Virus record (IMG/VR): IMGVR_UViG_3300005326_000004
DNA length: 20,000 nt
Strand: one strand, 5' to 3'
DNA from: an uncultured virus (IMG/VR IMGVR_UViG_3300005326_000004)
Taxonomy: Duplodnaviria > Heunggongvirae > Uroviricota > Caudoviricetes
Shown here: one piece after another, positions 13,731 through 20,000 of the stretch
Layout of the letters: each line of letters opens with the position of its first letter
Numbering within the stretch: position 1 is the first letter of the stretch
Program-made: the position numbers and the translations under genes
Notes under the pieces: generated by a model
The model's database searches: none
Seen by the model: only the letters and a program-made list of their open reading frames with translations
What the model was told of the DNA's origin: nothing

Positions 13731-16700
13731 TTAAAATGAAAGTGATTCACGTAAACGAATTTTACGGAGGATTTCATCACCGGCTATTCTACCAAGTTCA
13801 CGAACATCCAATGCACTGTTGATATTATTACCGGATATGATTACGGTGAATCCAGCCCCTATGTTGTCTTTGTGCCTGGGGTCATTACGGGTTAAAACTT
13901 CTTCACCAGCCAATGCAACGATTTGTTTTTCCTGCCCGATCATACCGGGGATGATACCGCCTTGATGGAAGGTGCTACCGAATTTGTAATCAGAGCCCCA
14001 ATACTCAACTTTTTGTTGTTTTATTCGTTCAAAAGCTTCAGAACGGCTTTCCCCAGTTTTGGCTCTCTCTGCATCAATTTCAGCCAGTATATTTTGTGGA
14101 AGAACGGAATTTGAAGTAAGCCCATTCCACATACCAACATTACCCAAAGCAGTACTGTAGCCAGAAGGTTTTGTACCGGAATTTATTTGTTTAGCCCAAG
14201 AACCCACTTTTGTAGTGTTCGCTAATAAAGAAGCTTTTTCTTGATCGGTTAAAAAATAAGCCCAAACTTCGGTAAGATGTTGGAAGGTTCGCATATTTAA
14301 TTCATTTTGAGAAGCTCCCGCAGTAAACGCTTTTAGAGCAGTTCCCCCATTTTCTTGTATGAAAAGACTACCATGTTTTTTACGGGTTTCTTCGGACGTT
14401 CCCGTAACACCCTCAAACAAATCCATAAGGGCTTTACCACCAAAATACACGGCAGCTCCTACCGCACCCGCACCCGCAATTGTTCCAGCAGCTCCTAACG
14501 CTCCTCCAATGATTCCACCCGCACCACCACTACCACTGAACAATCCACTTATTGCAGACCCCAATTGTGATAGCAAACCACCTTCACCCGACATACCGGA
14601 AAACAGTGCAGCCCCCATTTGTTTACCGTAGTTTACAAGTTGACTCGTAATCCAATTGGAAAGAGCGGAGGACAATTTGCTGATCAGGTTTTCTTTGATC
14701 GAATCGAAGGCATTGGCAAAACCGGCCTTCATGTTTTCTATACCCTGATGAAACTTCCCGTGCAATACATCATTAACAAAACCATCCCCAACCTTTTGGA
14801 ATGATTCATTTGCAATCACTCGCAATTCGTTGAAGTAGGTGTCAATGCGGACTTGCATACGAGCCCACGGACCCTTCTCGCTAATGATGTTATTGGCGTA
14901 TGCCTCCCAATCCAGCCCCATCTCTTTCAGTCGTTCGTATGTGTTACGCTGCATCTCATTCATATGTCCAACGTACACATCTTTAATAGCGAACAAAGTT
15001 CCTTTTTGTGTAGCGGGATTTCCACTCTTGGAAGCCCCCAATGCCCGAGCGTACCCTTCCCAATCCAAACCCATTTGATTTAATTTCAAAACGGTTTCTT
15101 GTTCGGACTTGGTAAGTGTATCCTTGTACTTATTGAGAATGGCTTCTATTTGTGGGGTAACGATACCTTCAACATATGTCTTCCAATCAAGACCCATTGC
15201 GAACAATGTTCTGGCTTGAGCCATCTGTTCTTCGGACAAATACCGTTTGTATTGGTCCAAATATTGAGCGTTCTCTTTGTTACAGAGTTCAATGTATTCC
15301 TTATAATTTTTACCGGCTTTTTGGAGTTTTTCAATTTCCTTTAACTGTTGCTCGGTAAGGAATTCCCCGTACATTTTACGAAGTTCCGCAATGTGCTGCT
15401 CTTCGGTAGTTTTTTGTTTTGCAACAGATTCCTTTTTTACCTTCTCTGTAGCAGCAGCATTATCTTTCGTGTCTTGAAGTTGAATATCTAAACTATCAAC
15501 ATGGTTCTTTACTATTTTTTTATTTTCTAAATCATTTTTTATAGCATTCATTTCCATATGCAAAGCAAACTCATTTTTGAATGCTTCCCATTTATTGGAA
15601 ACGGCGCTGGCTGCATTTTCCCCAGTTTCTTTGATCTTCCCGAATATATCACTCAACTCAGGAAGTTCCACTCCCAACTTATCCAACATCCACCGGAATG
15701 CATTGTACATTTTACTGATCACTGCAGTGGCTTTATCCCATACCCACGTAAATACCTTGTCAACTACTTGCCAAATCGTATTAAATCCCTGTATAAAGAA
15801 ATCTATTACAGGCATAAGAGCTTTACCTATACCAGTAAGTACTTCTCTTACTTTGTGATCAATCCAATTCCAAGTATCTTTTACTGCTCCCCACACAGTA
15901 TTGAAAGCAGTAACAAGGGCGTTTGTTACAGGAACAGCAACTTGGTTGTAAAAAGTAAGCATAGCAGCGGAAACCACATCCCAATGTTTTGCGATTTCAT
16001 ACAAAGCAATAGCAACAGCGGCAAGGGCTAATCCGAATGGACCAGTCCCGGCTAAAAGTGAGCTCATCTTTGTGAACAAACCAATCAGAGCAGGAAGTCC
16101 GGTTGAGGCCACAAGCAAACCACCAACAGCAGTGAGAATCAATCCCAATGCGGTAGCCACCCCACCTAATATTTGTGCAAACCGTTCATGTTCCCGAAGG
16201 AAGTCAACTACTTTGGCCGCTAAATCGGTAATCGCTTCAATCACGGGGGTAATCGCTGGGAGCAGGGTATACCCGAATTGACGGGCTACACCCGCAATAG
16301 CCATCTTCATGGTATCAAACGAATCATTGAATTCACCCGCTTGCTTTGCCGTAAGTGAATCAATGGTCATACCGTACTTTTCCGCATCCTTCATCAATTT
16401 ACGGATACCCTCACCACCTAATTCAAACACGGGTAAAAGGTCCGTTCCTGAACGTCCAAAGATCTTTTGAGCCAAAGCTGCTTTCATGGTTTCGTCTTCC
16501 ATGTCAGCAGTTTTATCCGCAAAGTCGATCATAACATCAACAGCATCACGAAGTGAACCATCAGAATTCTTTATGGAAATACCAAGTTGATTAAAAGCTT
16601 CTTGTGCTTGTTTGGAACCATTTGCGGCTTCATACAAGTTCCGTTGAGCGCGTTTTATTGAGGTTTCCAGGGTATCCATTGAACCACCGGACGTCTCGAC

Positions 16701-16991
16701 AGCCAAAGCCAATGCGGAAAGCTTTTCCGTTGAGACCCCCGTCCGGGAGCTCATTTCATCCATTTCATCACCAAAGTTGGCTGCAGATGTTACGGCAAGA
16801 GCCAAAGAACCGGTAATAGCCGCACCAATACCGGCAATGACAGTACCTGCCTTCCGAAGCTGTTCTTTATGATCTTCGATTTTATCCGAAACACTTTTAA
16901 TTCCAGCAGAAGTCTTTTCCATCTCCTGCTGGAATCCTTCCATCATGGCCTTGATTCGGACTGCTAATGTCGCTGCAAGAATATCACTCAT
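13731..16991 (-). CDS. tape measure protein
   Basis: 1086 aa, helical and Ala-rich; 'ALAQKIFGRSG.DLLP' TMP motif, central hydrophobic region, Trp-periodic repeats, C-terminal 'FHQGGII...GEEVL'. Confidence 0.93.
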   Translation of the reverse strand: MSDILAATLAVRIKAMMEGFQQEMEKTSAGIKSVSDKIEDHKEQLRKAGTVIAGIGAAITGSLALAVTSAANFGDEMDEMSSRTGVSTEKLSALALAVETSGGSMDTLETSIKRAQRNLYEAANGSKQAQEAFNQLGISIKNSDGSLRDAVDVMIDFADKTADMEDETMKAALAQKIFGRSGTDLLPVFELGGEGIRKLMKDAEKYGMTIDSLTAKQAGEFNDSFDTMKMAIAGVARQFGYTLLPAITPVIEAITDLAAKVVDFLREHERFAQILGGVATALGLILTAVGGLLVASTGLPALIGLFTKMSSLLAGTGPFGLALAAVAIALYEIAKHWDVVSAAMLTFYNQVAVPVTNALVTAFNTVWGAVKDTWNWIDHKVREVLTGIGKALMPVIDFFIQGFNTIWQVVDKVFTWVWDKATAVISKMYNAFRWMLDKLGVELPELSDIFGKIKETGENAASAVSNKWEAFKNEFALHMEMNAIKNDLENKKIVKNHVDSLDIQLQDTKDNAAATEKVKKESVAKQKTTEEQHIAELRKMYGEFLTEQQLKEIEKLQKAGKNYKEYIELCNKENAQYLDQYKRYLSEEQMAQARTLFAMGLDWKTYVEGIVTPQIEAILNKYKDTLTKSEQETVLKLNQMGLDWEGYARALGASKSGNPATQKGTLFAIKDVYVGHMNEMQRNTYERLKEMGLDWEAYANNIISEKGPWARMQVRIDTYFNELRVIANESFQKVGDGFVNDVLHGKFHQGIENMKAGFANAFDSIKENLISKLSSALSNWITSQLVNYGKQMGAALFSGMSGEGGLLSQLGSAISGLFSGSGGAGGIIGGALGAAGTIAGAGAVGAAVYFGGKALMDLFEGVTGTSEETRKKHGSLFIQENGGTALKAFTAGASQNELNMRTFQHLTEVWAYFLTDQEKASLLANTTKVGSWAKQINSGTKPSGYSTALGNVGMWNGLTSNSVLPQNILAEIDAERAKTGESRSEAFERIKQQKVEYWGSDYKFGSTFHQGGIIPGMIGQEKQIVALAGEEVLTRNDPRHKDNIGAGFTVIISGNNINSALDVRELGRIAGDEILRKIRLRESLSF

Positions 16992-17254
16992 CTAAACTTT
17001 CCTGTTTTGCGTAACTTGCTTGAACCCGTTCTTGTAACGCTTTAACGGAAGCGAAACCTTCATCCTGCCGTTGTTTGACGAATGTATTGCTCTTGAGCTC
17101 ACCGCGTTCCATTTGGGAAGCCCGAGTCATTATTGCTGCATCGAAATCCAAAGCCATTATTTCTGTTGGATCTATACCCATCAATGCCGAAGGTCGGGTA
17201 TGATACCGTTGAGCGATTGTATCCAAAATAAAGACGTATCCGTCATTATTTACG
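16984..17254 (-). CDS. tail assembly chaperone, downstream (T-like) ORF, probably reached by frameshift
   Basis: Lies between the chaperone and the TMP; 'AQRYHTRPSALMGI....ALDFDAA'; no clear RBS and ATG of its own. Confidence 0.65.
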
Positions 17255-17671
17255 AAAGGGCTCAGCCACCAAACTCTGTGCAGCCATGACCGCACCAAAT
17301 ACGGCAATAAGATCTTCATCCGGAATATCATTTACATGGATTTCATCTTCTGAACAGTTAGGGTCTTCGGAAACTTTTGGTGAGATAACGGTAACGGCTG
17401 CAATCTTCCGAACCACCCGCATAAACAACGTAAAATCCTCTTGGTTGATTCCATCCCAGCCATTGGGGTCTTTTGTCATTTTATCGGATGTAACCATTAC
17501 CGATTGAAACAAGTTGAGAGGGATGTAGCCGGAGGCAATACAATCCATAATACGCAGATGTCGGTATTCGATCACCGTACCGGAAGGTAAGGCAAGAAAA
17601 TACGTTTTCATACTTTTCTGTTTCCAGTCGGAAGCAGACGAAACTTTATTAATGGGCTGTTTCTTGTTCAT
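17246..17671 (-). CDS. tail assembly chaperone (G-like)
   Basis: AAGGAG RBS; lies between tail tube and TMP; ends CCC TTT CGT AAA TAA. Confidence 0.8.
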   Translation of the reverse strand: MNKKQPINKVSSASDWKQKSMKTYFLALPSGTVIEYRHLRIMDCIASGYIPLNLFQSVMVTSDKMTKDPNGWDGINQEDFTLFMRVVRKIAAVTVISPKVSEDPNCSEDEIHVNDIPDEDLIAVFGAVMAAQSLVAEPFRK

Positions 17672-17700
17672 TGCAAATCTCCTTTAAGTCTTATCTCCCG

Positions 17701-18246
17701 TTAAGACGTAGCGGTGGAATCTCCCATGAGGAATAACTGTTTTCCAGCGGCCTTGGTTGTGTCAGCCAACGCATGGAATTCAACTTGGACAACACGCTCC
17801 CCATTACGGTTATACGTTTTATTCAACTGGATATGGGGCATGGCTTTGTAGATGGTAAGCTTCTGGTTGGTATCCGTGGTAAGCGTTCCAGAACCATCCG
17901 TAGTAGGAGTAACAATAACCTGATAAGCTTGAGACGAGGTGACCTGCTTACCACCAACCTCAATCTTCTTTTTCACACCACCCGTATCCAGGGTGTACGT
18001 TCCCATAGCCATAACGTTTTTGAGTGTACCCAAATCCGTTTCCAACATGGGAACCGTGAGGACCGCACGTTCATCCACAACCTTCTGATCAAGCAACATG
18101 GAACTCTGATCAGCGGTGAGGTCAAACCACGATACATCATAACGGAAAGTTACCCCACCTTTGAAGAAGCCAAGGTCAACAGCATTGAACGTGACTTGGC
18201 AAGGACCAAATTCGATATTTCCAGCGGTTCCTGTCATAGTAGACAT
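17701..18246 (-). CDS. major tail (tube) protein
   Basis: 181 aa; 'NIEFGPCQV.....DLGF.KGGV', C-terminal 'VEFHALAD'; gene order fits. Confidence 0.8.
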   Translation of the reverse strand: MSTMTGTAGNIEFGPCQVTFNAVDLGFFKGGVTFRYDVSWFDLTADQSSMLLDQKVVDERAVLTVPMLETDLGTLKNVMAMGTYTLDTGGVKKKIEVGGKQVTSSQAYQVIVTPTTDGSGTLTTDTNQKLTIYKAMPHIQLNKTYNRNGERVVQVEFHALADTTKAAGKQLFLMGDSTATS

Positions 18247-18761
18247 TATAATTCCACTCCTATTCTTTTTGCCAATTGGATAATTGCTTCGTTAAGCCGA
18301 TTGTTCATCTCATCCGCAGATTCCTGTAATGCTTTGGTCAAATACGGTTTAGGATAAACACCAACAGTTCTATGGAATTTACCATCTTCCCCTTTGTATA
18401 CCCACGGGGTTTTTCTTCCCCGGCCATTTTCGGCATACAAGCCAGTTCCGAAATGGACAAACGTAGCATAAGGAAGATCAGTACCAACAGTTACTTCCAT
18501 TGAATCAGCACCAATCTCAACCTTTCCAGATTTGGTATGTCCATAAAGACCACTCGTTCGTTTACGGACATACCACGTATGGGGCTCATCGTACACCATG
18601 CTTTGAAGATTCTTTTTGGCTTCCTCAACTACCATTTCCGCACATGCCTCCATCGCTTCTCGCATTTCAGGCGTGTTCGCTATATCACTCAACCGTTCAA
18701 AGTATTTGACCACTGGAGTGAAATCAACGTCCAACGTTATAGATGTGGAAGCGTCAGCCAT
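18246..18761 (-). CDS. HK97 gp10-like tail completion protein
   Basis: 'VGTDLPYA.FVHFGTG.YA..G.GRKTPW' and 'P.PYL..AL' motifs. Confidence 0.85.
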   Translation of the reverse strand: MADASTSITLDVDFTPVVKYFERLSDIANTPEMREAMEACAEMVVEEAKKNLQSMVYDEPHTWYVRKRTSGLYGHTKSGKVEIGADSMEVTVGTDLPYATFVHFGTGLYAENGRGRKTPWVYKGEDGKFHRTVGVYPKPYLTKALQESADEMNNRLNEAIIQLAKRIGVEL

Positions 18762-19168
18762 TACCGTGCCCTCAATATCATGGAATACATTACTTGGTAA
18801 TAATACAATGCATTGTTAGCACCGTAAATTCGATCAGGACCACTATTCCGATTTGACAAACAACATTCAACCTCGGAATTAAAATTGTGAACTACTAATT
18901 TATCAAGGATGGTATCCAGATTTTGGGTAAGGGTAAACGCCGCTTCAAGATCAATTGACCGCACCAATATACGCACACCAATGGGCATCAATTGGGGAAC
19001 ACTTTCATGTACCCCCGGCAATTCCGCAAACACGGAAAGGGCATATGCAGCACCATCATCTGGAAACGATTGCCTATATAATGGTACGGTGTAATTCCCA
19101 TTGCCAACCAATGTAGCCATATTGGTAGTCAAATAATCTATTACGGCTTTTTCAGCGTCCAAAATCAT
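18761..19168 (-). CDS. tail terminator / minor capsid-like protein
   Basis: 135 aa; 'FPD....AL.V' and 'VRILVRS' patterns; neck/tail module position. Confidence 0.6.
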   Translation of the reverse strand: MILDAEKAVIDYLTTNMATLVGNGNYTVPLYRQSFPDDGAAYALSVFAELPGVHESVPQLMPIGVRILVRSIDLEAAFTLTQNLDTILDKLVVHNFNSEVECCLSNRNSGPDRIYGANNALYYYQVMYSMILRAR

Positions 19169-19177
19169 GATAGCTCC

Positions 19178-19999
19178 TTACGAAACTTTCTTGTAAACAA
19201 CCACGGCAGTAAGCCCGGTAATGTCCGTAGGGGAGCCGGTAGCAACGTATTCCAACTGGACTTGCTCCGAAGAAAGAATACGTCTGAACGCTTCCGGTAT
19301 TGTTCCCATATCGTACAAGTAACCTTTGGTCAAAGACAGACCATCGGAATTCGGACCCTGGATATACGCATCAACCAGCGTAGCCGTATTGTCCGTAACC
19401 TTTACCCGCATGAACGCAGTGGAAGACATTGTGGTATACGTGGAAGCAGTTCCAAGATATACCTTGTAAATGTCAACATCACAATGGGGTTTGAAGATGA
19501 CGGAATTTTTGGTTGCACTGTCAGCCGCTGCAATAGTCCCGACATTGCACACCTGATAGTAGTATTGATCGGGGGAATTGCCAGTCATCTTACCATTGAG
19601 ATCAATACGGAATGTTTCCACTCCGCGCTCTTTCACAACCAGATGATCCTTGGCATCTACGTTTGTCGTTTTGATCACGGCAGCCGTACCAATATCATCC
19701 ATAATACGGATAATGTTGTCTGTGGTTTCCCCAACAGTTGCAGTCGGCTGATCAATGGTGTACGTGAACGATACAACTACACCACTCAACGCAACACCTG
19801 AACCGGTTTTTGCAAACCGAAGAGACAATGTATCCCCGGCTTTCAACGAAGCGGCAGCAGCGGTAATGGTAAAATCACGGGGAACTTTGGCAGTGAATCC
19901 CGTGGAAGCCGTGGTGAGTGTTCCCAGGTCCGTGGTGGAGCCGGTCTGCTCAAGATAAATGGTCTGATAATTGCTTGCGTTTGCAGCGGCAGTGGTATC
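19178..19999 (-). CDS. virion structural protein with repeated beta domains (5' truncated by window)
   Basis: Frame is open to the window end. 'LKAGDTLSLRFAKTGSGVALSGVVVSFTY' resembles the C-terminal 'LSSEQVQLEYVATGSPTDITGLTAVVVY'. Confidence 0.7.
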   Translation of the reverse strand, partial: DTTAAANASNYQTIYLEQTGSTTDLGTLTTASTGFTAKVPRDFTITAAAASLKAGDTLSLRFAKTGSGVALSGVVVSFTYTIDQPTATVGETTDNIIRIMDDIGTAAVIKTTNVDAKDHLVVKERGVETFRIDLNGKMTGNSPDQYYYQVCNVGTIAAADSATKNSVIFKPHCDVDIYKVYLGTASTYTTMSSTAFMRVKVTDNTATLVDAYIQGPNSDGLSLTKGYLYDMGTIPEAFRRILSSEQVQLEYVATGSPTDITGLTAVVVYKKVS

Positions 20000-20000
20000 A

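Noticed and set aside
14745..14754. CTGATGA as a third hammerhead core
   Set aside because: It is followed directly by AAC with no stem II or GAAA arrangement, and it lies antisense within the TMP gene.
1..20000. Stop-codon reassignment
   Set aside because: TAA, TAG and TGA all end genes at sensible boundaries, and coding density is high under the standard code.

Overview
A segment of a tailed dsDNA phage genome, probably a siphovirus (standard genetic code), with two convergent arms. The + arm (1-~9500) holds early and replication genes: an SNF2-type helicase C-terminus, many small hypothetical ORFs, a DUF932 protein, a DnaG-like primase, an HTH protein, a sigma-factor-like protein, three tandem paralogues and a stand-alone NrdD glycyl-radical-like peptide. 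The - arm (~9480-20000) holds tail and lysis genes: tail completion proteins, tail tube, tail-assembly chaperone pair, tape measure, hub, fibre-like proteins, an M15 peptidase endolysin and holin-like proteins. The most striking feature is two complete, canonical type I hammerhead ribozymes (1607-1666 and 2209-2273). Each sits at the stop codon of a member of the same paralogous early-gene family and cuts 36-38 nt upstream of the next start codon. Double cleavage would release a 608-nt RNA carrying two ORFs, with ends that could be circularised. Other signals are ECF-like promoters for the same cluster and a tail-chaperone junction that requires a +1 (CCC UUU CGU) rather than the usual -1 frameshift. 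Family assignments come from motif recognition, not database searches.
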